A stretch of 64,000 nucleotides of DNA from Saccostrea echinata (GCF_033153115.1 NW_026889796.1:4774001-4838000); one strand, 5' to 3'. Positions 35,487 through 50,430 are shown, counted from the first letter of the stretch. Notes: generated from the letters alone by a model not told the origin. Numbers and translations: made by a program.

Positions 35487-37577
35487 CACAACTGACAACC
35501 AGTCAATACACGTACTTATACACTCACAATTCTCTATAACAGCAAGACGAAAACGTGTTAAGGCATTTTATACATGAAATAACAAGACAAAAACAAAGTG
35601 TTAACACATTTCTATGATGATGTAATTGAAAACATCCAATAGTATCTTGCCGATAATAACGATCATTGTTATAAAATTATCTTTTCATACCATATAAGGT
35701 ATTGAATAAACAGTCCAGAAACAATGATATCATTCATTTTGAAACTTTATGCATTAAATACTGCTGACGTTTTTTTCAGAATAGTACTAGTGGACGGAAG
35801 TTAAAAAAATAACTGAATTTTTTAATAAAAACTTTCTGGATTCTTACATAACGAGATTTCAAGTCTTAAAAATGTCTAGGAAACAGTTCAACACTCGAAA
35901 GGTACAATTTAACGGACAATGACACCAGATGACGTGGCATATAGTAATATTACAGACGTGTTAATTATGCGCTCTCAGCTTTTATGCAATGCTGTTGATG
36001 TGCAATTTGCAGATCTGTAAACGCTTTTTTGTGCTAATGAGGAAAGCTGATAGGGATGCATGCAAGCCTGATTTTATTTGTGAAAAATGGACACGTTTTT
36101 TTTTTTTACTGAGCTCATAAATTAAATCTAACCATAGCAATACAGGGTCACATTTCTGACCTTTCATTTGAATAAGCCTGACCTTGAACTAAAAACTGAA
36201 TTATTACCTTCAATTTAATACAAAATGGAGTCTCTAATAGTATAGTTAAAAGTATACAAAGAAAAAGGTCTAGTCAGACAAGAAAACAGCTAAATACAAA
36301 GACAGACAATTAAATTAATTATGCCCCCAACCTAAAGAAAAATTACGTCATCAAATTCAATCTTTAGTTTGTAAAAATATTTCCATCTTTCATGTATATT
36401 CTATATTTGATAAAATCATCCCTTGAATGACATATATCTAAAGCTAAAATAGGGGAATCGAACCGAGATACCAGATACAACACCGCAAGACAATGTGTAT
36501 ATATACAATTTACTACTTATGTGTGGGGGGCTGATTAGCTAAAAATATTTACAATTTCATTCACAAAGTAAAATTACACTTACGAACAATCAACAGATCG
36601 GAGATCGAACAAAAACAACCTGGCACAATAAATCATTCATAGCAACATACTTTTTAGCTTAAAAAAATTAAATAACTCATTGTTAAGGGATCGATCTTTT
36701 AAAAAAAATAAACTCTTCTTTAAATTAAATTAAATCAGAAACGGGAAACTGCATTCTTAACTATTAATAGGCGCATGTTAATTATTTATACATTTGTTAT
36801 GAAGAGGTATTTTTAAGAGTTTGCACAAGGGGGGAAAATTAGGTTCACAGACTTTTTGAGATAGTTAACGTTTTTGAAAATCGGTGAGAACTAAATCTAA
36901 ATGCTCATAACTGCCATCGCTTTTGGCATTTTCAAAGGGGAAAAAATGAAGTACATGTATTTCAGGACTAAGATTATCAAAAAAGAATTTTACAAAACAT
37001 GATATTTACAAAAAATTAAAAACTACATTCACCGGTACTAATTGCAGAGTTTTAAGAATCGGTTTGCTCATTATGTAAACTTTCATTTTAGTGTTAAATG
37101 AAATTGGTTTGTTCAAATTCTGACACTGATCTACATGTTTATGTAGGAATCTAGCATCGACATAAATATGTAGACAAGTAGAAAACATACTTCTTAAAAC
37201 GTGCTATAATTTGTAATAAATTGCAATACTTTGTGTAAAAATTATTATTAGCTAGTTGTTTGGCAGCTATGTAACATGCAGATTTTTTTTCTTTTTTTCA
37301 TGATTCTACGATAGTGTTAAGTAAATTAAAATATAAAGTAATATCACGTGCAAATGGACAAGTTTCGTTACAATCAGAACGCAGATGTCCAACTAACTTG
37401 GCATTGTCATCAGTCACTTTCTCTGCACCAGTGTTTCGATGTCCTGGGGTATGTAAATCCAGGGATCTGAGGAAATTTAAATATGGAAATGTGAAAATGC
37501 TTTTACGAGATACCACTCGTCACAAAGCAATTTTAATTGATTTTCTTCCGTACGAAGTTCATTTTTGGAATATGATG

Positions 37578-38771
37578 TCACACATGTGTTGTAACAGTGG
37601 CGAATCCATTTTTCTCCGTACTTACGACTCCCATTTTTCTCCATCCGGGCTTCTTATCTGGACAACACTTACAAAATATACTAATGAATGTATGGCGAAA
37701 TTGTCTGCTCATGGTACAGTACAGGACGAAATTGATAGAGTTGTTCAACAGAGCCGTCATGTCGAGAAGGTTCCCTAAATTTTCGTAAATTTCTCGATGG
37801 TACTCTTTATTGAAACTGCTCATTAGAGTTAACACACCTTGCGGGAACTCTGTAATCAGAAATAGGACAACAACGGTGAACAACATCAGTGTTGTTCTGT
37901 TGTGTTCGTTATGTTTGTCCGACTCGTCCTTTTTCCCCTGATTTTTGAGAGCCATCCTTTTCTTGTAAGCCTTGTGCATTGCTACAATTAGCAGGACGGT
38001 TAGAATAGTAAGCATTACACACGGAATAAGCTTCACAAAAATTGCTTGTACCCAATAATTTAGTTTTTCTAAAATGCCAAACACCCCACCTACACGGTAT
38101 TCAATGGTGTGGATAGTTTCGTTTGTGTTCGTCTTGGGATCGCAATATAACATCTGTCCGTTCACATTGATGATGTAATTTGGGACAAGACATATGATAG
38201 TTGATACAATAGTACAGGTTATAGCAAGTCTGGCCTTTGCAAGAGAGCAATATGTCGCACCCCTTGTGGGAAACCAAATGTACAAGAATCGGAATATGGC
38301 CAATGCTATTGTTAACCAAATAGCCACGGTATGACAAACGATGCTGAAGCTGGCATGAAAAAGCAGGAAACATATCCACCCGAAGTAACGTGTCGTAAAA
38401 TAAAACAATTCAGGTTCTTTAAAGATGAAAAAATGAAGAGCGAAGGGGAAATAACTCAGCATGGTGAAAAGATCTGCCACTGCAAGCCACGTGAGTAACA
38501 CGTTTGTCGAGGACAGCATATTTTTTCTTGTTAAAACGACAATGTTAACACTATTTGCAACGATTCCAAAAAGGCACACCACTACACTTAGATAACCGTG
38601 AACTCCTGCATACATAACATTGAATTTGTACAACCCTGTCAATTCCGTTCCATTATCATTTGATTTTTCTGGACATGTCAACGAAGTATCGGAATTATTG
38701 TCCAATCGAATGTCGTACGTTGTAACATTGAAAAGATCATTGTAAATCATAGTCCCATTGTATGGTTCCAT
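37578..38771 (-). CDS. Class A peptide GPCR, myosuppressin-receptor/dmsr-like (sex-peptide-receptor-related group)
   Basis: 397 aa, 7 TM; GIVANSVNIVVLTRKNM, LAVADL, IWLTIALAIFRF, KLIPC, RTTLMLFTVVVLFLITEFPQG, NNSINFVLYCTMSRQFRHTF; several N-terminal N-glycosylation sequons; single coding exon with splice acceptor ttattttag at 38892-38893. Confidence 0.92.
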   Translation of the reverse strand: MEPYNGTMIYNDLFNVTTYDIRLDNNSDTSLTCPEKSNDNGTELTGLYKFNVMYAGVHGYLSVVVCLFGIVANSVNIVVLTRKNMLSSTNVLLTWLAVADLFTMLSYFPFALHFFIFKEPELFYFTTRYFGWICFLLFHASFSIVCHTVAIWLTIALAIFRFLYIWFPTRGATYCSLAKARLAITCTIVSTIICLVPNYIINVNGQMLYCDPKTNTNETIHTIEYRVGGVFGILEKLNYWVQAIFVKLIPCVMLTILTVLLIVAMHKAYKKRMALKNQGKKDESDKHNEHNRTTLMLFTVVVLFLITEFPQGVLTLMSSFNKEYHREIYENLGNLLDMTALLNNSINFVLYCTMSRQFRHTFISIFCKCCPDKKPGWRKMGVVSTEKNGFATVTTHV

Positions 38772-39460
38772 GTTTCGGTCTGCAATTAAAAATCTTGTGC
38801 TCCGAGTGCAGGAAGATGGCTAGTTTCTGATAGTCTTATCGCTCCGTGGCTGCTCAGAAATCGCTTGTCATCATCTTAATGGATGTTGAACCTAAAATAA
38901 TAGCATTCATTTGTTAAAACGCTATATCTATCGAATTACTCGGTGATAGCTTCAACAGCTTTTTCAAGCGGGATAAGAAAAAGCACTTTCGATAAAGCTT
39001 GAAGGAAAATGAAGTATTTTAAAAGGAAAAACCAGCTTGGACCCGGAAACGCTGTTTCCATCTTGAGAACATTATCTAGGAAAAATCTCAAAACTCCCCC
39101 ACAATCCATGAAAACATAACCCCTAAATTGCTACACACCGGGAACATGCTAATATTTATTTTATCTCTGTTATTACGATTTCATGCAATGCCCTTTTCAA
39201 CTCTGATCTGCTAATGTACCGCGGTATCATCTTTGATAAAGGATGATAGAAAATAAAAGCTTTCAACAAAAAAGAAGTTATTTGTATCATCCTCGACCCA
39301 GTCAACACAACAGAAGTATCAATTACTGATAACTTAGAAATTCAGTTAATGTGTTTTTTAGTGGGTAAGAAGTTTTAGGTTACAAGAATAATTAAAAATT
39401 AAATAAATTTACTTTTCACTCATTGTATTTAAATTCATTCAGGGATCACACTTGTCTCTG

Positions 39461-39461
<1 letters not shown>

Positions 39462-39511
<50 letters not shown>
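39462..39511. repeat. Poly(T) tract (~50 nt)
   Basis: Direct reading. Other homopolymer or microsatellite runs occur at ~21702, 32895, 41730, 41877, 45104 and 59312. Confidence 0.9.
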
Positions 39512-39514
<3 letters not shown>

Positions 39515-39863
39515 TTTAAACTACTAGCATTTGTTTTGAAATAGAGGAATAAATAAATTTTCTTTAGTGCAATATAAAAAGAAAGATATCAATACATGTA
39601 ATAGGCTACAATACTCAATAAGCAGAAAAACAAATTAAATTTGTTTGAAACTTTAACTGCTTCACCATAAGAGTTTTTAATCATTATTATATTATAACTT
39701 AATGCACGGTAAGCAAGTCTTGTTAAAGTCGTCTTGAAGGAGTATATTGTCAATAAACGGAATTGTCTATCAACCGTGGAAAAAAACTCTACATTTAATA
39801 GTGTAATTAAGACTGAAATAATCTCGTGTAACGATCTACATGAACAATGATAAAAGGGCTTAC

Positions 39864-39946
39864 CTTAGACAATGCATTGATCTCTTCCCAGTTTTATTGT
39901 CCTAGTATATGATCCGGAACCGTGCAGTTATATCCCGGTGAATGTC
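39864..39946 (-). other. Candidate 83-nt non-coding 5' UTR exon of the minus-strand GPCR
   Basis: Minus-strand acceptor ttttctcttcattctcag|g and donor aag|gtaagc. Confidence 0.45.
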
Positions 39947-42900
39947 CTGAGAATGAAGAGAAAACACTTTATATTAGCATATCATTCTTCTGCACCACTG
40001 CAGCACTGAATAAACATTGATAAAAAATAAATAACCGTGGCATCAGCTTGTGCAAAATAACAAAATTGATTATTTGATTATTGCCTGTTCCTTCTTTTAA
40101 TTCAGTATATCGGCACGTGTCGATCCCTTTGGCTGGTACATGATTTTAATATTTCTTAGAACAGTGCACTTAAATGTCGGCTCAAAGCTCAAATATAAAC
40201 ACACAAAGACAGGGTCCTCAAATCAGGATAGTGCTAAAATACGGGTGTACACTTAAAAACACAAAAGTAAACTTTTAGGTAAATGTCAATCTCGTGGATG
40301 CCTAAGCAAAGTTCACTCATTTGCTCGTTTTTCTTGCCACCATCTTTTCTCTTCTGAAGAGCCCGTAAATGTAACATGCTTTATGATAAAGTCTTAAAAA
40401 TAGAAAACTTTGACACCCATATAATTATAAAGACTAAAACATCCATCCAAAAAACACATAAAAACTTAAAGCGGTAAGGGTTTATGTAGAAGTGGTTATA
40501 TAAAACCACAGAAGAAAAAAAAATATAGGAGAGAAAGTCAAAACGGTTTAACCCAACCTTTCTGATAAAACTGAGCGATTCCATGCTTAGGATAACAGAT
40601 ATGATACTGCCGCCTTTGATTCTAGCGGAGTGCTATCTCTAAAATATATAAACATTTGGAGGAAGAATTGGCGTCTGTATTTTTGAACCAGTTGCTTTTG
40701 ACATGATATCGCACATATAAAAAAAAAAACTAATGCATTTATTTTCGACTCGGTGAGAACTGCAGTGATGACAGTAATATTTTCTGATAGGTGTAAAAAT
40801 AAATCTAGGTTGCAAAACTTGTAAAATATGCTCTGAAGTGTATTGCTTTAAAAATTCTAAGTTCATTCAATTCAGCATAGAGTAAACGGTTATCTTTAGC
40901 ACTGCTAATTAAATGCTGTAAATCTTATTCTTGGTGCTTGTATCTTTTACGAGGTTTAAAGAAATCTTCAAAATATTTTGATAAACATATCCGATAAAGA
41001 CCACTTCTAAAGCGATCCGATATGTTTTGTTTTTACTATTTAAATTAACATGTTGAATGTTTGCATTAAACATAAACATATATATCAAATGGGTCTTGTA
41101 AATTTGATTCAGAAAGATTAACCTCAAAATATTAACTCTTGCCACACACATATCAAGGTATTAAGGACTAAAATGTGGAAAGTAAAGCGGAAGTTGTCCC
41201 CGCCATTAGCATTTTCATCACAGCGGGTAAGAAAACGTCTAATGATGCCATGAAGACTTCTGAAAAGTGGAATTTTCTGAAAGGTCTTTTTGGTAATAGA
41301 GCTGTTTTGCAAAAGACATATTGATCGTAAAACTTGTGGTTTTGTATCAATTCTGTAATGACATCTTGCTTAAGAGTATTTATCGCCTCCAACATGTACT
41401 TTGTATTAGACGAATTGGTGTTGAGTTTTTTTTTTTCTTTATTGCTCATATCGTTGATGAAATGGTGAAAAGTATAAAATTTGCCTCTTGTTCGTTTTGC
41501 TTAAACTATTTTCTATTTTTAAAAATCTCTCTCTCTCTCTCTCAAATGACTATTAATACCTGCATATATATATATATGTATATATGTATGTATGTATGTA
41601 TTATTAAAATAAATTTCATTTTATAGACAATGATCTAACGGAAAATAGATATTTGATCCGTTTTATATAAAGCCGTCACATTTTCTCTTAATGCTAAAAG
41701 TTGATGGAAGCATCTATTAACTATGTTAGCCCCCCCCCCCCCCCCCCAAATTGGAAATAATATATTAATTTAGCAATCTAAAAAAGAAGGTCAGAAGAGA
41801 CCAGGAATAATGAAAAAAAATCTGACATCAGAGACACCACCAGTAGTGAGATGTTATATTTAGATCAGGATCAGTTATATATATATATATATATATTTAT
41901 TACAGCAACATATTGTGACCTAGTGTGTTGAAAACCCGGAATCCATACATTTTCTTTTCAAGTTCATTGATTTACATACTTTTTTCCATTAAATTTAATC
42001 AAATGTCGTAGCGCTGTATTAAAAATTATCATGATAAAGCATAATGATTGAGCAAGTGTGTTTTTACTTCAAAAGCCAGGCTACATTAATTTTTTTACGT
42101 TGATGACAAGAGATAAAATTCATTCAAATGGTGTCGTCTTTCCTCATGAGGACCATGTTTGTTTGTGTGTGTGTGTGTTTTAAAGAATTATGTTGACAGA
42201 GCTTCATTCTTTATTTTTAGCCACAGCTAATACATACATGCTTCTCAAATTTAACATTAAAATCCAGCAAATTCTTTCGGGGTATAAAATGCAGGTGATT
42301 TTATGACTAAAAAATCAATTTATGCTGTAAAAAGTTTTTTTTTTAAATTTTTTATTTAATTTGGTTGCATTTTTAAAAGTAAGTTTTGAACACCCTCTTC
42401 CTCTTCTTATCCTTCAAGTTCTAGACGCATTACGATTGATAAATTTAATACTTGTTTTTAACCCCCACCCTACACTCAGGTCGACAATATTTTAACTCAC
42501 ACGGTGATTGAAAAATTGTATGTTTTTTGTTTATAAAAAATTACATAATTATAATTATAAAAACATAAAATATATCAAATTATTTGTTGATATAAAATTA
42601 ATGAACGTAAGCATGCAACAATTGGGAAATTTTCATTTTATATACACGCTCTATTTGTGATGTAGTTAAATATTAAAACCTGACAATAAACACCTAATTT
42701 ATGATGCTAATGAATATCAGAACACAATACGTCATTTGAAACAGATGTTACTGGTTTTTAATTATGGTTGAAATTGATACACGTTGGCCTTTAAAAAGCA
42801 AACATGATATTATACATATTATGCAACCAATGCTGTAAAAAATTACACCAAGCAATACACAAATAATGTATGAAAAAATATAAAATACAAAGTATGCAAC

Positions 42901-45900
42901 AAATGAATCCGGGTCTCTTTAATTACATGTACGTGTTATATTGACTTCAAGCAAATTGTATACCTTCATTATGAAGGTTTTAAAATTATTACATGTAACT
43001 CCTTTGCCCCACAAAATTCTCGTTTCCAGATGGTTTTACACTGATGACTTTTTTCAGTCTTAGACATAAATATTTAAAAAAGGTAGATGGAATTACACTG
43101 ATCAAATTAAAGAAACTGGAAATCCTAGTAAGCGAAGTCATGCATGGATAACTTGACCGCCTTTTTTTCTCTCAAAGCACACTAGAGCGTTCTTTCTTCC
43201 GATAAAGTGAGAAAAGTATAACCAGACGCATGATTAAGGAAGTGATTGATACATCGGCTGAAACAGCGGATAGTGAAGGGATGATACAAAATCTGAACCC
43301 GTCAAAGAAGACCGATCCGGAATGATTGATGACTATTCAGATCTATACACTTGCCTTTACGAACACAAAATACTGTAAGCAAGCTGATTTTCCTTTTTAT
43401 ATCTTTTGGCTCCTACTGAGTGAAAGTAACAAGAGGTTGAATTTTTTTCAGTGGAGTGCAAAATGGCTCACTTGATTAAACGATGTTAAATCTGCTGGTC
43501 ATTATTCATAGCATATTTATATCGCTCCCAAAGGAAGGTCAATCAGCAAATGGCATTCGAAGTTGAAGGATGCTGAATATAAGCATACAACCTTAACACG
43601 CAAGAAATATAGCAATAGCAAGGCTACAATATACAGATTTTAAATTATATGATTAACTTCTGAATATATCTTAAAAACAAAATGACGAAAACGTTCCTTA
43701 AACTATTTGATCAATTTTCGATAAACGAAAAATATTGAAGAAAAAAGTGACATAATTGAAAAATCATGGGTAGTTTTTACACATTGTGTGTAACATAACT
43801 CTTCAGAGATGAATTTTAAATCTGCTGTTAGATCTAAAGATATCAAGGTTGATGAAGCCAACTGTTGAAAGCATCTACTCTAGTACATGTATTTTCAATG
43901 TCTTAATAGGAATCGGTTACATAAACCTTGTTCTAAATACTCTCGAGAGATTGTGAATACATCAAATTTAGATTCAGTCTGATCCTATACATCATAATGT
44001 CCAGACTGTAGTACATTATATTAAGATTAGAGATCTTTGGTATCCTTGCAAGAAACATATGTTATGGGAAGTATAAATTTTTTACGTGTTTTTGACAGAA
44101 AGATTTGATTGACGAATTTCATCCTACACAATTTGATTTTGCTTATAAATACGTACACAGTATTCTCCTCTCTTAATCGGGAGAACAAAACATGAAATCA
44201 AGAAAAAGTCGACAAGTATATGAAGTAGAGTACAAATATGAACGCCTGTCTATTAGCATGTACATATGTATACTTTGGGATTGTCTAAGATGTTGTATAA
44301 ATGATTTACGTATTTAATTCACATCAATAATGAACTTTCGAGAAAGAACAAAAATGACATCTGACGAAGTTTATTAACAGTTATGTTGACAGGGAAAGGT
44401 ACAAAGAGTTTATTAATTAACGCTCTGTGTGGCATAGATTTCCAGCTAAACAAAATGGCTTTTAGATTAGAAATCTCTGTACTCGGTCCGAAGAGATTGA
44501 TTTTTTTTTCTAATTAAAATCCTTAAGGATGTAGATGGAATGATACGCCAATTCTGAAATTTCTTCCCATTAAAATTTTAAACTGGTTTGTTCAAGTTGT
44601 TAATCTATAAAATGTTCGTTAAATCAGCCAAGAATTTGATTTTTAATCGGTGTACTGCCCTTAAGGAATTTTATGTAAACAAACGCTATGGATGGACATG
44701 GGATTGACCAAAATTAAACAATAAACAGTGAAAATAAAGACGAAATTTGCTCAACAAAACCCTTTAATGAAGTTTCAGACATGGACATGTTGGGGACAAA
44801 CAACATCCACCGAACCCGACCTGAAATCGATTTCGTCCCCAAGATAACAGTACATTAGCATTCACAAACCCACAACAAGATACATATGACAATTGGCTAA
44901 TAATATACAAATTATTCAGATTTGTTCCTTTGGTTTATTAATGGTCGTTTCTAGCGAGATCTTATGTAATTTTTTTCCGTGCGGTTCTGGAGACATCTAA
45001 TACGTCTATCTTAGAAGAGTTATAACGATCTCGAAGCTCGCAGTATGGACAAATTACGATCGAAGACTCTTGGATAATGGGCCAAGATTAAAAGATGGAC
45101 TCATTTTTTTTTTTTTTTTTTTTTTTTTTTTGGTTTTTCAAAGGATTGCTAAACGAAATGTCAAATCTGTAAACATGATTTGGCCTATTTACGCAATATG
45201 TACATTCAAATAAAGCTTTTGTTCCGAAGAATATTCCTTTATGTAGAATCATCTAAATACCAGAGCCGTTGAAACGAAATGATCGAAATCGACTGTTTTA
45301 ACTATTCATTGGCAAAAGTTTCCTTGTCTGTTAAATAGCCTTCATTAGCCTTTTATCCGTAACTCGCAGTGAATTTTGCATTAAGTCTTCTGGTTCCATA
45401 AATGAGTAATTTGGCCCATATTTTGAAATTCTAAAATATGATTGGCATATTTAAAAATAAGGAAAAATTATGTGCATAAAATATAAAGTTTGAGAGCCTC
45501 AGCTTAAATTTTCCGGACCAGTTTTCACAGGTATATGCATTAATGTATTTACTTCTATCTTGCCAAGAAGATTGAGAAGATAAACCATAAAATACAATTA
45601 TAAATCTCCTGGTTGATAAATAAAAAAATCTAATATAAAATCAATAACTTAAAATCAATGTCTTAAAACTATTTTTTGTATTTGGACAACTGGTCTACGT
45701 TTAATTGTGCACCAGTATCAATTAATGACACATTCTGATCAAAAAAAAAAACATCTCGCCCAGTTAGCCTGTTATAGGAGTTTGATCACAACTCCAACAA
45801 TAGAATTTTCACTAAAACCCCATTAAAAGAGGATCTTGATGTCGTAAAATAAACTATAAGACCATTTTAGCAAACAAGATGGTGACCCAGAAATCAAATT

Positions 45901-47839
45901 GTGTGATCCCAAAGGAGCCCTCTGTCTCTCTCTCCAACAGGAGTAATACACAATGAGACCTTATTTTTACTTCCATTTAGTCAATTACAGAAATTACATG
46001 AAATGTAAACAAAGCTTTTCTTGCTTGATGAAGTTTAAAATCGAGTAGCATTGTTTATACTGATATATGCCATGGTTTCATGAGAACATACACAAGTTTT
46101 TATTACCTAGCCAGCCATACTATCTCATTTTAAAATCTATATTTTAAAAGTCATTCAGCCTTTTTAATCTTAAAACAAAATAATTACAGCTATTTGATCA
46201 GTGTTTTCAACAGCTATATCTATAGCTATGAAAGAGATCTAAAAATGCTTTATAGAAAATATATATACTGTGGTCTACAAACAATGGCAATTTAAACCAA
46301 ATTAATAATAATTATGACAGAACTTATTAAATAAATTAAGTTATGTCTAACATTCCTGTGAAGAGTAAAGTCATGCCAGCCTACCTTTCTGTTAGTAAAC
46401 GCACCAGTCGCACGTCAGAGCGTCTTGCTTATCCAGTGCGGTAATATGTTCTGCTAGGGACGCTGAGTTAGTGACGATCGAAGTCACGGCTCTTGTAGAA
46501 AAAAAAACCTACCCACCGATTCCGTATTAAACTGTTATAAATCTTTGATCCTGATTTAAGGGTCCGATTAAAGAGATTTATATTAAAACGAGAGCACACG
46601 GACGCGATCTATAGTCCCTTCCCAATGCTTTGTCAACATTGTTAAAAAATTCATCGCTCCCTGAAACTAATAATTATCTGTTAATTATTAATGGAAGTAA
46701 ATAGCTTCAAAGTTTTCCAAAGCTTCGCTCCCGCGTTTTTAGCAAAAGAAAATCTTTTACGCTATTTCGTTTTTTCGATAATCGTAAAAAAGTGTCCACT
46801 TCCGATCTCACAAATTGCTACGTTTGTGCAATTTAAATGCTTTATTTGTTTTCATTGATTACTTCAGTTGGGAACAGCTACTTGTCAATATTTCGGTATT
46901 TACACGTTTCAGGTATATGATAAGCGTCCGTATATCCCACGCCATCGAAAGCAAGTCATGCTAAAGAAAAGTTTATTTTCCTTTTTAATCACTTCCAGCA
47001 AAATGCGTTTTCATCGTGTTTTGATTTTTCGTTGGAGGTTTGTAATCGCCCACCCAATATTGGCGTGAAAAATTTCACAAAGTAAAATAAACGACCTATT
47101 CGTTTTAACATGCTATACCTAATGGAAACAATTATCCTGTATATTTCTTTTCAATATGTTAAGGAATTGGCATGGTTATTTAACGACCGTGATTGAGGTA
47201 AAACAAAAATGAGATTAAATATTTACCCGGTACGAATTTAAATCTAGTGATCGGCACCTTTTCTCGCATTTGCTCTTTGCAAATAATTAAGTTAACATGA
47301 TCGCAAGGTTGAAAACGTCTTTAGAGAGTCAATTAAGAGTATTGCCAAGCAATTAATTATCTCAGAGTTGACGAGGTACAATAAGGAGGAATGACTTTTA
47401 TGGGAAGGTTTTCTCCCGCAGCATAGAAAAATTAAACATGGATTACATGGTAAATTTGCTTTCAGCAGTACATATACTTTTTTTCAAAGTAGAACAAGAA
47501 AGCATAATATTTTATCTACATATAACAAAACATGCCGAACTCAAGTTTCATTGGGAATTGACAATTTTTTGAATCGATATGATAAGTAATTTTTCTGAAT
47601 ATGCATGTACATGTATATTCCTGAATTTAATTTTTTAAGTGTTTATATCTACCGCCAAGTGTTTCTGTTCCCAAGTATTTTCAACGTTACAACATTCTTA
47701 GTCACAAAAAGGCCCAGTCTTGCATTCTACCATAGTTCAAGCTGAAGTCTACACTCTGTATATCTTACAAATATTGCAAAACTTTCGTTTAGCAAGAAAA
47801 TTTTACGAGGAGACGAATATAACCCAAGGTCAAAAATGA

Positions 47840-49120
47840 AGGAAAAGACATTGTCACATTGTCAGAATTGATAAAAAGTATATAAGATATAGACATGAAA
47901 TCTTGTATTAAATGGTTCAGTGGCAAAATACGAACCTTCTATCTTTCTGCCTTCAGTGAGTTAAACAAAATTAAAGAATTAAAAAGATTATATTATCAGT
48001 ATGCACTGATTCCAACTGACAAAGCTTGTAACAATACAATCTTTCTTTGTAAGGCTCAGAATTACAATTGCATTATAGAAGAACTTGGATTTAATTCTAC
48101 AAGAGGTAATCCAAGATATACTCATAGTTCCCTTTCTAAGGAGGAGATTCTTCAAAATCATACGTCAGTTTTAAATATTTTCAATAATCCCAGCAACCAA
48201 ATTGAATCTGAATTATCATAACAATACTTGATACCAAAACTTCCTTAAAATATCTTACAACCAGAGACACACCAAAGACACATTGCAATATCTAGTAAAT
48301 GTTCAACCAAATCTCTTTGCTCCTCACGAAAATATTAACAGCAGTGACGGAGGTATGCAATACTGTGTTTATCAAATGTGGATACTAAAAAAAGTATTTT
48401 TAGAAACTTTGAAATCACAAAATTTTACCAAAATCAATAGCATGAAAACGTGCGACTTTTCAATACTTTACGCGCCAATTCTTCAATTTAAATAATAGAT
48501 CAGGCTTTTTTGAAATTATAGAAAACTGCTTCTTCAATAAAAACAGAACTCAGAAATTTTCAAATCTTATAATTGGTTAATATCCAGTCTTACTTTGTTA
48601 AAAATCATTCTGATTCAACACATGATAAACGTAGACTTCAACTTTTCGATCGTCAACTATCCTTATTTATGTATAGCAATACACATGTATCATTATCACT
48701 TGTATTTGGAGCTTATGTTTCCAATTTGCCTCGATACGCAAGAGTATACTCTAAGTACGAACAATTTCTAGAACGTGTCAAGCTATTGAAAAATAAGTTG
48801 ATGATACAAGGATATCAACAGCCCCGTTTTAAAGTCAACATTTCTCAAATTCTCTGGTCGATACAATGACCTTATTTGCAAATACAATCTATTTTGTCTG
48901 TCTTATCTTGACTGACGTTTTTCATACCAATTGTTAGGCCATTTTCACACAGAATTGTCTATGAATTTTTCCATTTTCCCTATCATGACAAGGAGCACAC
49001 GGCGGAATAGTGGGTGCTTTCTCCTCATTGGCACTTGATCCCGCCTATGATGTCCGTGTTTGCTCTGCTCACAATTTGTATTCTTCCATTGGAGTTTGAG
49101 TTTGATTACTGTTCGTTCAA
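47840..49120 (+). mobile_element. Penelope-like retroelement, long degraded fragment with internal deletion
   Basis: YALIPTDKACNN, QMWILK, CDFSILY, GAYVSNLPRYARVYSKYEQFLERVKLLKNKLMIQGY, followed by the family 3' end. Confidence 0.8.
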
Positions 49121-49174
49121 ACAATTTTTAACTGAGGCAGGGTACTGAAAAATTAGTTGGTGTTACAAGGGTAC

Positions 49175-49500
49175 CAAGAATCTCGCTAAAAGTCAACATT
49201 TCGCAAATTTTCTGTTTGATTCAATAACCTTGTTTGCAATTACAATCTGTCGAAATTAGACTGACATATTTAATACAAATTGCTAAGCCGTTTTCTAGAT
49301 ATCAAATTGCCAACTGGAAAATCCATTCTTCGATCAAGAAAAAGGCTCAGAGCGGATTTGATGGGTGACAGGGCGATGTTTTCCCTTCTATGGCATCTGA
49401 TTCCATCTCTATATTTTCAGAGGTTCATGTTGCTCTACTCACAATTTGTGTTGTTTCATTGGACTTTTGAGCGTGATTACTTATTCTTATTTTTTTTTTT
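49175..49500 (+). mobile_element. Older Penelope-like 3' fragment in tandem
   Basis: aagtcaacatttcgcaaatttt...ggcatctgattccatctct...atttgtgttgtttcattggac. Confidence 0.55.
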
Positions 49501-49711
49501 CGTATGAAACTTTTTTAACATGGCATTTAATTTGCAATAATTATAACAGGTACTGAACAGTGCTACATTGTATTTGCGAGATATTTTCAATCATAAAATA
49601 AAAGGATTACATACCACAAATGCCTTTAATTTTAATACCGGTATTAAGTAACAAACTCCAGTTTAATTCTTTCGTGTAAGAAAATTCAACCTCAAACGAT
49701 AGAGTGACACC

Positions 49712-50430
49712 ATGAAATATGGAGATATGAACAGTATTCAAGCTCAAAGTCCATTTAAACATTACAAATCGGGAGCAGAGCGAACAGGGACCCCCAAAAC
49801 GTCAGAATTAGGATGAGGTACCATTGAGGAGTGAGCATCCTCTGTCGACCGGTCAAACCCTCCATGTGCTCCTTGTCATGATCGGGAAATAACGGAAAAA
49901 TCCGCCGACAATTCAGTGCGTAAATAGTGGCATAACAATTAGTATGATAAACGTCAGTCAGCATATGAGTTAATGATAGATTGTATTTGCTGACAAGGTC
50001 ATTGTATCGACCATAGAACTTACGAAATGATGACTTTAAACAAAACTGTTGATATTCTTGTTTCATCAACTTTTTTGTCAATAACTTACCTCGATTTAAA
50101 ATTTATTTATACGTAGAGCATGCTCTTGCGTATGGAATCAACTGAGAAATATGCAACCTATATTCAGGTGATAAGGGTATATTGCTGCATAAGTAAGGGG
50201 AGTTGACGATTGAAAAGTTCAAAACATCACGTTTATCATAAAGCTTGGTTGTTAGAATACCATAAACGTCTTTTTGTAGTAAAATATCCAAATATGAAAC
50301 AGATTTTTCAGACTCTGTGGTATCTTTCATTTCAAGCCCACTTGAATATATCGTGTCGACATATGAATGGAAATAAGTATTGTAAATTGATAATACGTCG
50401 TCGATATATCTAAATGTCGAGTTGAACATC
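49712..50430 (-). mobile_element. Penelope-like RT/thumb + 3' end fragment
   Basis: FNSTFRYIDDVLSI (RT YIDD), KLYDKRD, SNIPLSP, KSSFRKFYGRYNDLVSKYNLSL; ends at the family terminus. Confidence 0.9.

Noticed and set aside
37314-37788. Plus-strand 154-aa ORF and other ORFs overlapping the GPCRs or pol
   Set aside because: Antisense or alternate-frame shadows of real coding sequence with no motifs.
44523-44665. Possible short TTAA-flanked Kolobok MITE
   Set aside because: Terminal match beyond ttaagg/ccttaa is too weak.
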